Positions 39,054 to 51,424 of a DNA stretch of 64,000 bases are shown here, one piece after another. The notes under the pieces are model-generated. The model was given only the letters and a program-made list of their open reading frames with translations, had not been told where the DNA came from and did no database searches. Numbering within the stretch: position 1 is the stretch's first letter; each line of letters opens with the position of its first letter. The position numbers and the translations under genes were made by a program. The stretch is from Heterodontus francisci (lineage: Eukaryota): positions 14,735,168 to 14,799,167 of the forward strand of contig NC_090374.1 of assembly GCF_036365525.1 (NCBI RefSeq). The letters run 5' to 3'.

Positions 39054-39260
39054 CTGGATTTTGCTGCCTCACTGTGTGGTGGAGGGAGGTTCAATTGAAA
39101 CATTTAAAAGGGAATTAGATTGAAATAAAGGAAGAATGTGCAGGGTTTTGGGGAGAAGGCGGGGGGAATAGCAGGAAGTGAATTGCTCTTTCGGTGAGCC
39201 GGTGCAGACATGTTGGGCTGAATGGTCTCCTTCTGCAGTGTAACAATTCTGTGATCTGTG
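39054..39260 (+). mobile_element. Short CR1 3'-end insertion with AAGAC target duplication
   Basis: Absent from the paralogous intron near 14903. aagac at 39049-39053 and 39261-39265. Confidence 0.8.
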
Positions 39261-39298
39261 AAGACACTGATCCATTCTAATGTCTGTCCTTTCCTCAG

Positions 39299-39649
39299 CT
39301 GCTAGTGGAAATGTCTCAGTGGTGACTGGGACCGAGGGAGCTTCAGTTACATTGCCCTGTATGTTCACACCCAGGAGTTACCGCACCCTGTCCACTGTTA
39401 CATGGATGAGGAAGGAGCCCTACCAACACATAGTCACATTTAGAAACCAATCAAATGGATCTTGGACAACTGCAAATGGTGGAAATCGGTACGAACTCAT
39501 CGGGAATCCAAAGGAGGGAAACGCCTCAACCAGGATAAACCAGCTGAGTGTGAATGACAATCACACTTACCTGTGTCTGGTGGAATACACATTACGGTCC
39601 AATTATCAACATCTGATCCAGACTGAGACACAGCTGCAGGTTGTACATG
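39299..39649 (+). CDS. SIGLEC15-like: Siglec-15-like gene B, V-set Ig domain 2 (no essential Arg, 5 N-glycosylation sequons)
   Basis: Acceptor ctttcctcag|, donor G|gtaaga, phase 1-1. V-set motifs SVTLPC, VTW, RYELIGNPKEGNAS, D-x-x-TYLC. No stops. Confidence 0.9.
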
Positions 39650-39727
39650 GTAAGAAACCATTCCCACATTCTCCAGTGTATAGGGGTTGTACAGTGAGGG
39701 TGAGCGGTGTAATATAAAACACTCATC

Positions 39728-40030
39728 AGCTGTGGCTCAGTGGTTATCATTCTCACCTCTGAGTCAGTCGGTTGTGGGTTCAAGACACTCCAATGCAATA
39801 CTGATGGAATGTGACACTGTTTAAGGTACTGTGTATGAGAAGAGATATTAAAGTAAGGCCTTATCTGGAAGAGTATGGGAGTTGACCTAATGTCCTGGTC
39901 AATATTTATCTCTGAACCAACATCATCAAACCATAGTCTGATAATTATCTCATTGCTGTTTATGGGATCTTGCTGTGTGCAAATTATCTGCTGTGTATCC
40001 TGCATTAAAACAGTGACTACACTTCAAAAA
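39728..40030 (+). mobile_element. DeuSINE (SacSINE-like) copy
   Basis: tRNA head tgtggctcagtggt..gggttcaag; Deu-like core cattgctgtttatgggatcttgctgtgtgcaaat. Confidence 0.6.
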
Positions 40031-40254
40031 CAAAGTTCTGTCATTCACTGACTTCCTGGCTGACCTGCATCTTAACTCCATTTAATGAACTTGTTTTAAT
40101 GAGGGAGAACTGGGTTTTGATTTATGGGGCACTGGCACCTGTACTGGGGAATGTGGGAGCTGTACCGTTGGCACGGTCTTCATCTGAACCATGTTGGGAC
40201 CAGTGTTCTGTCGAGTCATATAACTAGGGCAGTAGAGAGGGCTTTTACACTAAA

Positions 40255-42945
40255 AGGAAGGATAAATGAGAATGGACAGAGACTGCTTGAGTTGTGTACC
40301 TATCATAACCTCTGCATCACCAACTTGTTCTTTCACACTAAACCCTGTCACCAGGTTTCTTGGAGGCACCCAAGATCACGTCGTTGGCACCAGCTGGACC
40401 TCATCGTCACAAGGCGAGCCTCTCTAAACAGCGTTCAAATCACACGCAGCTTCCACAGTGCGGACTGCGACACCGACCACTCCCTGGTGTGCAGCAAAGT
40501 TAGACTCAAACCAAAAAAGCTGCATCACTCCAAGCAGTAGGGCCGCCCGCGCATCAACACGAGCAGAATTTCTTATCCACAGCTGTTACATAAGTTTCTA
40601 AATTCACTTGAAAAAGCCCTTCAAAACACTCCCTCAGGGGATGCAGAGACCAAGTGGGCCCACATCAGAGACACCATCTATGACTCAGCAATGACCACCT
40701 ATGGCAAACGTGTGAAGCAGAATGCAGACTGGTTTCAATCTCACTTTGAAGAGCTGGAACCTGTCATAGCCGCTAAGTGCATTGCACTGCTGAACGACAA
40801 GAAAGCCCCCAGCGAGTTAACATCCGTAGCACTTAAAGCAGCCAGAAGCACTGCACAAAGAACAGTCAGGCGCTGCACAAATGACTACTGGCAACACCTA
40901 TGCAGTCATATTCAGCTGGCCTCTGACACCGGAAACATCAGAGGAATGTTTGATGGCATTAAGAGAGCTTTTGGGCCAACCATCAAGAAGATCGCCCCCC
41001 CTCAAATCTAAATCAGGGGACACAATCACTGACCAAGGCAAGCAAATGGACCGCTGGGTTGAGCACTACCGAGAGCTGTACTCCAGGGAAAATGTTGTCA
41101 CTGAGACCATCCTCAATGCAGCCCAGTCTCTGCCAGTCATGGATGAGCTGGATGTACAGCCATCAAAATCGGAACTCAGTGATGCCATTGATCCTTTAGC
41201 CAACGGAAAAGCCCCTGGGAAGGACGGCATTACCCCTGAAATAATCAAGAGTGCCAAGACTGCTATACTTTCAGCACTGTACAAACTGCTTTGCCTGTGC
41301 TGGGATGAGGGAGCAGTACCACATGACATGCGCAATGCCAATATCATCAACCTCTGTAAGAACAAAGGTGACCGCGGTGAATGCAACAACTACTGTGAAA
41401 TCTCCCTGCTCAGCATAGTGGGTAAAGTCTTCGCTCGAGTTGCTTTAAACAGGCTCCAGAAGCTGGCTGAGCGTGTCTACCCTGAGGCACAGTGTGGTTT
41501 TCGAGCAGAGAGATCCACCATTGACATGCTGTTCTCCCTTCGTCAGATACAGGAGAAATGCCGTGAACAACAGATGCCCCTCTACGTTGCTGTCATTGAT
41601 CTCACCAAAGCCTTTGACCTCATCAGCAGACGTGGTCTCTTCAGACTACTAGAAAAGATCGGATGTCCACCAAAGCTACTAAATATCATCACCTCATTCC
41701 ATGACAATATGAAAGGCACAATTCAGCATAGCGGCGCCTCATCAGACCCCTTTCCTATCCTGAGTGGCGTGAAACAGGGCTGTGTTCTCGCACCCACACT
41801 GTTTGAGATCTTCTTCTCCCTGCTGCTCTCTCATGTGTTCAAGTCTTCAGAAGAAGGAATTTTCCTCCACGCAAGATCAGATGGCAGGTTGTTCAACCTT
41901 GCCCGTCTAAGAGCGAAGACCAAAGTACAGAAAGTCCTCATCAGGGAACTCCTCTTTGCTGACGATGCTGCTTTAACATCTCACACGGAAGAGTGCCTGC
42001 AGAGTTTCATTGACAGGTTTGCGGCTGCCTGCAATGAATTTGGCCTAACCATCAGCCTCAAGAAAACGAACATCATGGGACAGGACGTCAGAAATGCTCC
42101 ATCCATCAATATCAGTGACCATGCTCTGGAAGTGGTTCAAGAGTTCACCTAGCTGGGCTCAACTATCACCAGTAACCTGTCTCTGGATGCAGAAATCAAC
42201 AAGCGCATGGGAAAGGCTTCCACTGCTATGTCCAGACTGGCCAAGAGAGTGTGGGAAAATGGCGCACTGACACGGAACACAAAAGTCCGAGTGTATCAAG
42301 CCTGTATCCTCAGTACCTTGCTCTACAGCAGCGAGGCCTGGACAAAGTATGTCAGCCAAGAGCGACGTCTCAATTCATTCCATCTTCACTGCCTCCGGAG
42401 AATCCTTGGCATCAGGTGGCAGGACCGTATCTCCAACACAGAAGTGTTCGAGGCGGCCAACATCCCCAGCTTGTACACACTACTGAGTCAGCGGTACTTG
42501 AGATGGCTTGGCCATGTGAGCCGCATGGAAGATGGCAGGATCCCAAAGGACACATTGTACAGCGAGCTCGTCACTGGTATCAGACCCACCAGCTGTCCAT
42601 GTCTCCGCTTTAAAGACGTCTGCAAACGCGACATGACGTCCTGTGACATTATTCACAAGTCGTGGGAGTCAGTTGCCAGTGATCGCCAGAGCTGGCGGGC
42701 AGCCATAAAGGCGGGGTAAAGCGTGGCGAGTCGAAGATACTGAGCAGTTGGCCGGAAAAAGAACAGAAGCGCAAGGGGAGAGCCAACTGTGTAACAGCCC
42801 TGACAACCAATTTTATCTGCAGCGCCTGTGGAAGAGTCTGTCACTCTAGAATTGGCCTTTATAGCCACTCCAGGCGCTGCTCCACAAACCACTGACCACC
42901 TCCAGGCGCTTACCCATTGTCTCTCGAGACAAGTAGGCCAAAGAG
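40255..42945 (+). mobile_element. RTE-clade LINE, 5'-truncated, with stops and frameshifts
   Basis: ORFs 40124-40540, 40691-41011, 40881-42152, 42207-42719. Confidence 0.92.
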
Positions 42946-42959
42946 TGGGGGGAAGAGAT

Positions 42960-45832
42960 CATGTGAGAGGAGATGTGGTAAATCAAATGAAAACGATAAG
43001 GTAATCGAGCAGAGTGGCGAATTAAGTAGTGATAACCAGAGTGCGGCAAGCTTAAGAGTGTACCAGCAGAGAAGACCAGAGATGGCAGAAATGGTATAAA
43101 GAGAGAGTTAAAGGCGCTGTATCTGAATGCACACAGCATTCGTAATGAACAGTTGCTACACTGTATGACAGAGTATACAGGAAGAAATAAATGGGGCCTG
43201 TAAGAAAGGTACTGCAATCACATGGGTGATTTTAATCTATATAGATTGGACGAATCAGATTGGCAAATGTTGCTTGAAAAATGAGTTCACAGAGTGTATT
43301 TCGGACAATTTCACAGAGCAGTACGTTCTGGAACCAACTAGGGAGCATGCTATTCTAGACCTGGTAATGTGCAATGAGACAGGATTGGTCATTAACCTCA
43401 TGGTAAAGGAGCCTCTAGGTGACAGTGATTATAACATGAGAGAATTTCACATTCAGTTTGAAGGGGAGATGTGTGGGCCTAAGACGAGTGTTTAAACCTA
43501 AATAAAGGTAAATACAAGAGTATGCCAGCAAAAAATATAAAATCAGACTGTAAAAGCTTCTACAGGTACGTAAAAAGGAAAAAGACAAATGTGGGTCCAT
43601 TACAGGCAGAGTAAGGACAATTTATAATGGGAATAGAGAAATGGCAGAGAAGCTAAATAATTATTTTGTGTCTGTCTTCCCTGAGGAAGATATAAGAAAT
43701 TTCCCAGAATTAGAGATCCAAGGGGTTAGGGGGAATGAGGAATTGAAGGAAATTAGTATTAGTAAGAAGATTGTATTGGAGAAATTAATGGGGCTGAAGG
43801 TTGATAAGTCCCCGGGACCTGATATTCTACATCCCAGAGTGTTTAAAAAGGTAGCTATGGAGATAGTGGATGCATTGGTGATCATCTTCCAAAATTCTAT
43901 AGATTCTGGAGCAATTCCTGCAGATTGGAAGGTTGCAAATGTCATCCCACTATTTAAGAAGGGAGGGAGAGAAAACAGGGAATTACAGACCTGTTAGCCT
44001 TACATCGGTCATTGGGAAAATGCTAGAATCTATTCTAAAGGATGTGATAAATGGACACTTGGATAATAATGATCTGATTGGGCATAGTCAACATGGATTT
44101 ATGAATGGGAAATCATGTTTGATGAACCTGTTGAAGTTTTTTGAGGATGTTACTAACAGAATTGATAAAGCAGAGTGGTATACCTGGATTTTCAGAAGGC
44201 TTTTGATAAAGTCCCCCACAGGAGGTTGTTTAGCAAAATTAAAGCACATGGGATAGGAGGTAATCTACTGGCATGGATTTCTTTCTTTTTCTTTTTCTTT
44301 TGGGCCTCCTTATCTCGAGAGACAATGGATACGCGCCTGGAGGTGGTCAGTGGTTTGTGAAGCAGCGCCTGGAGTGGCTATAAAGGCCAATTCTGGAGTG
44401 ACAGGCTCTTCCACAGGTGCTGCAGAGAAATTTGTTTGTTGGGGCTGTTGCACAGTTGGCTCTCCCCTTGCGCCTCTGTCTTTTTTCCTGCCAACTACTA
44501 AGTCTCTTCGACTCGCCACAATTTAGCCCTGTCTTTATGGCTGCCCGCCAGCTCTGGCGAATGCTGGCAACTGACTCCCACGACTTGTGATCAATGTCAC
44601 ACGATTTCATGTCGCGTTTGCAGACGTCTTTATAACGGAGACATGGACGGCCGGTGGGTCTGATACCAGTGGCGAGCTCGCTGTACAATGTGTCTTTGGG
44701 GATCCTGCCATCTTCCATGCGGCTCACATGGCCAAGCCATCTCAAGCGCCGCTGACTCAGTAGTGTGTATAAGCTGGGGGTGTTGGCCGCTTCAAGGACT
44801 TCTGTGTTGGAGATATAGTCCTGCCACCTGATGCCAAGTATTCTCCGAAGGCAGCGAAGATGGAATGAATTGAGACGTCGCTCTTGTCTGGCATACGTTG
44901 TCCAGGCCTCGCTGCCGTAGAGCAAGGTACTGAGGACACAGGCCTGATACACTCGGACTTTTGTGTTCCGTGTCAGTGCGCCATTTTCCCACACTCTCTT
45001 GGCCAGTCTGGACATAGCAGTGGAAGCCTTACCCATGCGCTTGTTGATTTCTGCATCTAGAGACAGGTTACTGGTGATAGTTGAGCCTAGGTAGGTGAAC
45101 TCTTGAACCACTTCCAGAGCGTGGTCGCCAATATTGATGGATGGAGCATTTCTGACATCCTGCCCCATGATGTTCGTTTTCTTGAGGCTGATGGTTAGGC
45201 CAAATTCATTGCAGGCAGACGCAAACCTGTCGATGAGACTCTGCAGGCATTCTTCAGTGTGAGATGTTAAAGCAGCATCGTCAGCAAAGAGGAGTTCTCT
45301 GATGAGGACTTTCCGTACTTTGGACTTGGCTCTTAGACGGGCAAGGTTGAACAACCTGCCCCCTGATCTTGTGTGGAGGAAAATTCCTTCTTCAGAGGAT
45401 TTGAACGCATGTGAAAGCAGCAGGGAGAAGAAAATCCCAAAAAGTGTGAAAAAAACTAATTGAAACCTACAAAATACTTAAAGGGATAGACAGAGTAGAT
45501 GCAGCCATGATGTTTCCCCTGGGTGAGGAGTCTCGAACCAGGGGACACAATTTCAAAATAAGCGGGAAGCCACTTAGGACAGAAATGAGGAGAGATTTCT
45601 TTACTCAGAGGGTTGTGAATCGTTGGAATTCTCTACCCCAGAGGGCTGTGGAAGCTCAGTCATTGAGTGTGTTTAAAGCAGAGATTGACAGATTTCTAAA
45701 TACCAATGACATAAGGGGATATGGGGATAATGTGGGAAAAATGCATTGAAGTGGATGATCAGCCATGATCATCTTGAATGGCAGGGCAGGCTGGATGGGC
45801 TGAATGGCCTACTCCTGCTCCTATGTTCCTAT
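42960..45832 (+). mobile_element. Degenerate CR1 (42960-44280 and 45455-45832) split by an antisense RTE
   Basis: [34 protein letters not shown]; 3' tail cctatgttcctatg. Confidence 0.85.
44281..45450 (-). mobile_element. RTE 3' portion (335-aa open frame)
   Basis: ORF 44347-45354. Confidence 0.92.
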
Positions 45833-48200
45833 GAAGGCAGAGTTATCTAAAGTGAACTGGGAAACTAGGTTAAAAGGTAGGACAGTAGAGATGCAGTGGC
45901 AGACTTTTAGGGAGATATTTAATAACTCTCAGCAAAGATTTATTTGAGTGGAAAGAATGGTTCTTTGAGAAACATGCATCATCCGTGGTTAAATAAGCAA
46001 GTTGAGGATAGTATCAAATGAAAGAAACACTGTATAAATCTGCAAAGGTTAGTGCTGTGTCAGAAGCTTGGACAGTCTGAGAGAGAACTAGCTGGTGATA
46101 TAAAAACAGATTGTAAGGGTTTCTACATGTATTTAAATAAGAAAAAAGTAACTAAAGCTAGAATTGGTTCTCTAGAGTGTGAGTCTGGGTAATTGATCAT
46201 GGTAAACAAGGAAATAGCGGAGGTGTTGAACAGGTATTTTGTATCTGTTTTCACTGCAGAAGACTGAGAAAACCTGCCAAAGATACTTGAAAATCAGGAG
46301 GTGAAAGGGAGGGAGAAATTTAAAACAATCACCATCACCAGGGAAAAGCTGCTGGGAAAACTATTAGGCCCAAAGGTTGACAACTCCCCAGGATCAGATG
46401 GTCTGCATCCTAGGGTCTTAAAAGAAGTGGCTGCAGACAGAGTAGAGGCTTTGTTTATAATCTTCCAAAATTCATAGATTCTGGAAGGGTCTGAGCGGAT
46501 TGCAAAATAGCAAATGTAAAATCTTCATTCAAGAAAGGAGGGAGACAGGAAGCAGGAAACTATAGGCCAGTTCGTCTAACATATATCATAGGGAAATTGC
46601 TAGAATCCATTATTAAGGAGTTTATAGAAGGATACTTCGAAAATCATAATGGGATCTGACAGACTCAACATGGTTTTGTAAAAGGGAAATCATGTTTAAC
46701 TAATTTATTAAAGTTCTTTGAGGAATTCACAAGCGAGGTGGATAAAGGGGAATCTGTAGTTGTGGTGTATTTGGACTTCCAAAAGGTATTTGATAAGGTG
46801 TCACATAAAAGGTTACTACACAAGATAAGAGCACATGGTGTAGGAAGTAACATATTAGCATGAATAAAAGACTAGTTAGTTAACATGAAGCAGAGAGTAG
46901 GGATAAATGGGTCTTTTTCAGGTTGACAAGATGTAACAAGTGGAGTGCCACAGGGTTCAGTGCGGGTGCCTCAACTATTTTAAATTTATGTCAATGAATT
47001 GGGGCGGCACAGTGGTTAGCACCGCAACTTCACAGCTCCAGGGACCCGGGTTCGATTCTGGGTACTGCCTGTGTGGAGTTTGCAAGTTCTCCCTGTGACC
47101 GCGTGGGTTTTCGCCGGGTGCTCCGGTTTCCTCCCACAGGTGATAGGTAAATTGGCCATTGTAAGTTGCTCCTAGTGTAGGCAGGTGGTAGGGAATATGG
47201 GATTACTGTAGGGTTAGTCGGGACAGACTCAGTGGGCCAAAGGGCCTGTTTCAGTGCTGTATCGCTAAATAAAATATAAATAAAAAGAGACCAAATGTAT
47301 GGTTGCTAAATTTGCCCAGGACACCAAGATAGGAAGTAAGCTGTCAAGAGGACATAAAGAGTTTACAAAAGGATATAAATAGATTAAGTGAGTGGGTAAA
47401 AATTTAGCAGATGGAGTATAATGTGGGAAAATGTGAACTTGTCCACTTTGACAGGAAGCTTAGAAAAGCGGTATACTATTTAAATGGAGAGAGATTGCAG
47501 AACCCGGTGGTACAGAGGGATCTGGGTGTCCTGGTACATGAATCACAAAAGGTTAATATGCAGGTACAGCAAGTGATTAGGAAGGTAAATGGAACATTGA
47601 TGTTTATTGCAAGGGAAATTGTGTGTCAAAGTGGGTAAGTTTTACTGCAGCTGGACAGGGCCTTGTGAGACCACATCTGGAGAACTGTGTGCAGTTTTGG
47701 TCTCCTTATTTGAAAAGGATATAATTGTGTTAGAAGCAGTTCAGAGACGGATCACTCGACTAATTCTGGGGATGGAGAGCTTATCTTATGAAGAAAGGTT
47801 GAACAGGTTGGGCCGAGACTTGTTGGAGGTTAGAACAATGAGAGGTGATCTTACTGAAACATATAGGTTCCTGAGGGGACGTGATAGAGTGTATACTGGG
47901 AGGGAGAACTTTCTCTTGTGGGGGAGACGAGAACTAGGGGACACAGTTTAAGAATAAGAGCTCTCCCTTTTAAGATGGCGATGAGGAGAATTTCTTTTTC
48001 TCGAACGGTCATTAGTCTGTGGAATTCTGTTCCCCAGAAAGCAGTGGAGGCAGGGTCAATGAGTTTATTCAAAGCTGAGTTAGATGGATTTTTGATAGAC
48101 AAGGGAGTCAAGGGTTATGGGGGGGGGGCAGACAGGAAAGTGGAGTTAGGATCACAACCAGATCAGGAATAATCTTATCGAAAGGCGGAGCAGGCTCACA
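45833..48200 (+). mobile_element. Old degenerate CR1 ORF2, with a V-SINE (+) at 47001-47285
   Basis: Recognisable RT motifs with many stops; SINE head ggggcggcacagtggttagc. Confidence 0.82.
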
Positions 48201-48418
48201 AGAACAAAAGAAATAGCAGCAGGAATAGACCATGTGACCCGTCAAGCCTGCTCCGCCATTCAATATGATCATGGCTGATCTTGGGCTTCAATTCCACTTT
48301 CCCGCCCAGCCTCAGTCTCAGCCTTAAATATATTCAGTGATGGAGCATCCGCAACCCTCTGGGGTAGAGAATTCCAAAGATTCACAACCCCTTGAGTGAA
48401 GTAATTTCTCATCTCAGT

Positions 48419-49257
48419 TGTCATACTGGGCCCCCCACCTGCCAAGAATGAGGCACATTAATTTCACCACACGGACATTAAATTTCAAATTGTTGTTGGG
48501 AAGAAGAGAAGGCCTGTGACAATGGGTTACCAGGCCCCTGGCTGGAAAGATATTTTTGGAACAAAGGAGCTATCCCCTGCTCCAATACAATCCACAAACA
48601 GATGTGGTCAGACCAGTTAGTCACATGACTAACCTGCTTGGTTGGCATCTCGATTTATTTCTGATTTGTACAGTTTTGAACTGAGAATCTGCAGAAAACT
48701 GTTTACTCCCAGACTGAAGAAGACCTCCTGTCTGTCTGTCTGCCTGCTCCCATCGCTTTCTCACCAGCTTCTGAATCCATTGAAGACACATGAACCCCAA
48801 GAGAGAAAAGTCTCCTACAGTGAACAAGGTTTAAGAAGAATACTGGGCCCCAATGAAAAGCAAGATCTGCTTACAAGCAAGGACTCTGCAGTGAGTTCGA
48901 AGACCTGTAACAAAAACTCTTCAGATATTGCTGTAAGCTTTTACGCTTTATTTCTTCTGCTCTTTTCTGTCCCTATCTGCATGTGTATACCACGTATGCA
49001 TGCTAGCATGGGCGCGTCGTGCATCCATAGGCATTAACTGAATTAGAGTTTAAGTTTAATAAAATTTCACTTTTCTTCTTTAAACCTAAGAAAACCTGTT
49101 TGTGCTGGTTTCATTGCCTTATAATTGGAAAGCTGTGAACAAGAGTTCACCAAGGGAGAGCTAAAAACACAGTGTATTTGAAATAAAACCCTGTTACAGT
49201 AATACCAGGTGAAGGCCGAAAGGGAATCCTAGACCTCTTTCTCACCTGATCGTAACA
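48419..49257 (+). mobile_element. Solo LTR (Gypsy-like) with 4-bp TSD CAGT
   Basis: TG..CA ends, cagt at 48415-48418 and 49258-49261, homologous to 5063-6061. Confidence 0.88.
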
Positions 49258-49286
49258 CAGTCCTTATCCTGAGACTGTGCCCCTGT

Positions 49287-50306
49287 TGTTACGAGGGTTT
49301 CCATTTTTTGTTATAACTTGAGAATCTATATTTTAAAAACTGAAAAGGATTCCATGGATGCTGGAATCTTCAAGAAGCTGAACTTTGGATGTTTTTTTAT
49401 GGGAAGGTCAACAGAAGGTTGACCATTAAACAAATTTTACTGAAAAACATCGGTTTGCAAATAACCCAGCAGGGTGTTTGTGCTGTGACTCTGAAAAGGA
49501 TGTTTACAAGGAAATGACAAACCAAGATTTCAGGTTGTCATACAGCCTGCCTCTGGAAAAGCTTTTGTTTCATTTTGAACTCTTAAGAAAGGCCAGTGGT
49601 TGTTTGGCCAAGAACAGAAAGAAATTTGCTTCCTGACCTGCCAGAAGAAAACAGCTCTCTCTTTAAAGAATTCCTGCATCAAGTTGTATTGTTGCCTCCC
49701 TGTATTTGAAGAAATCCTGAATGTTTTCAGAAACCTTGCATCTTTGAAAGAACTTTGCATAGAATGTGCAAGAATTGAAACCTTTGTTACTGCACATCTG
49801 ATGTAAGACTTATGCAATGCCTTCCGTAGCTGCATCTCTTGAAAACCTACCTAGACTGTTCATCAACATTGTTGGAAAGAACTGTTCTAGGACGATTCCC
49901 AGTGGCAGCCACCTATTCGCCTTTGGGACACCTCGCCAACACAGAGGACTTCCATACCTTCTCTTCAGTCTCAGTTTTTTATTCCTTCCAACTGTAACAG
50001 TTGTAAACAAAAATCATTTTTTCTCCCGGTTAACCGGTTGTTTATGTGAGTGTGTGAGGGCGAGGATAAAAATAAAGGGTTTTAATATTTCAATTCGTGC
50101 ATATGTTTACTTCATTATTGGTTAAGACTTAGTTTATAATAAATGGATAATTTTGTTGTTTATTAAAAAATATCTGGTTGGTGTGCTTTATTCTGGAGTA
50201 AAATAGATTGGCTGTTTCAGTAAGTGGGAAAATTTAAATACATGTTGTGACCTGTGGAGAAGTGGGACTGAATTAACAGTGCACTCCTCCTGCCTCGGTT
50301 ATAACA
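49287..50306 (+). mobile_element. Second solo LTR (different family)
   Basis: TGTTAC...ATAACA termini; interrupts the antisense CR1 3' fragment 48200-50690. Confidence 0.7.
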
Positions 50307-50690
50307 TCTTGTTTTAGATTCCCCGCATGGCGGAAACAATCTCTCAGTGTCTACCCGATCCAGAACTTTCAGAATCATGTACATTTCAATGAGATGCCTC
50401 ACATTTTTCGAAACTCCAGAGAATGTAGTCCCAATTTACACAGCCTTTCATCATAGGACAACCCCCTCATCCCAGGGACCAATTTAGTGAACCTTCGCTG
50501 CAACCTCTCCAATGCAAGTATATCCTTTTTTAAATGTGGAGACCAAAAATGCACACAGTGTTCCAGATGTGGTCTCACCAAATCCCTGTACAATTATAGC
50601 AAGACTTCTTTATTCCTGTACTCCAATCCCCTTGCAATAAAGGCCAACATGCCATTTGCCTTCCTAACTGCTTGCTGTACCTGCATGCTA
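50307..50690 (-). mobile_element. CR1 3' fragment (continues at 48200-48418)
   Basis: ORF 50399-50593 RPHLEHCVHFWSP. Confidence 0.8.
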
Positions 50691-50804
50691 TCTTTTTATG
50701 CTCGAAGGGTGACAGTATTAAACCTTTTCATTGTAAATACAACAGTATTAACTTGTCACTGTAAATACTACTGTATTAATCCCTGTCACTGTAAGTTTTT
50801 TTAT

Positions 50805-51097
50805 TAGAGTCATAGAAAGATACAGCACCGAAACAGGCCCTTCGGCCCACCGAGTCAGCACCGACCATCAACCACCCATTTATACTTATCCTACATTAAC
50901 CCCATATTCCCTCTCACATCCCTACCTTCCCTCAATTCTCCTAACATCTACCTACACTGGAGGCAATTTTACAATGGCCAATTTACCTATCAACCCTCAA
51001 GTCTTTGGCTGTGGGAGGAAACCGGAGCACCCGGAGGAAGCCCACACGGTCACAGGGAGAACTTGCAAACTCCGCACAGGCAGTACCCAGAATTGAA
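50805..51097 (-). mobile_element. V-SINE, 5'-truncated
   Basis: Same family as 6478-6829. Confidence 0.85.
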
Positions 51098-51324
51098 TTT
51101 CTACAGGATTAATCCCTGTCAGTGTAAGGAACTATATTATTCATACACTCCAATTGCCATTTTCATTCACAGTCCATACTCTTCGCTTAATTGAGGTCCA
51201 TCACGATATTTCTGTCCTGCAATCGAGATTCACAATTATCCACAGACTTTGATTAATTGTCTCTGCATTGTTGGTCTCTCACCTTTGCTTGTCTCTAATT
51301 TGATTTCTTTCTCTTTCTGTTCAG

Positions 51325-51424
51325 CTGCAGAGACTTTCCCCATTGCGATATTGTGCATTCCACTTGGAGTGAAACTCCTCGCCCTTATAGTGATGTGGAT
51401 TATTTTGTTGAGGGATAAATCCAG
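51325..51424 (+). CDS. SIGLEC15-like: Siglec-15-like gene B, transmembrane exon with intramembrane Lys (AAETFPIAILCIPLGVKLLALIVMWIILLRDKS)
   Basis: Acceptor tttctctttctgttcag|, donor AG|gtatgt. Phase 1 in frame with V2. About 23 hydrophobic residues with LGVKLL resembling Siglec-15 LGFKAL, followed by a basic stop-transfer. Confidence 0.85.

Noticed and set aside
37603-39649. Possible rearranging Ig/TCR/IgNAR V segments
   Set aside because: Both exons contain their own G strand and end in splice donors; no heptamer-nonamer RSS seen; motifs match Siglec-15.
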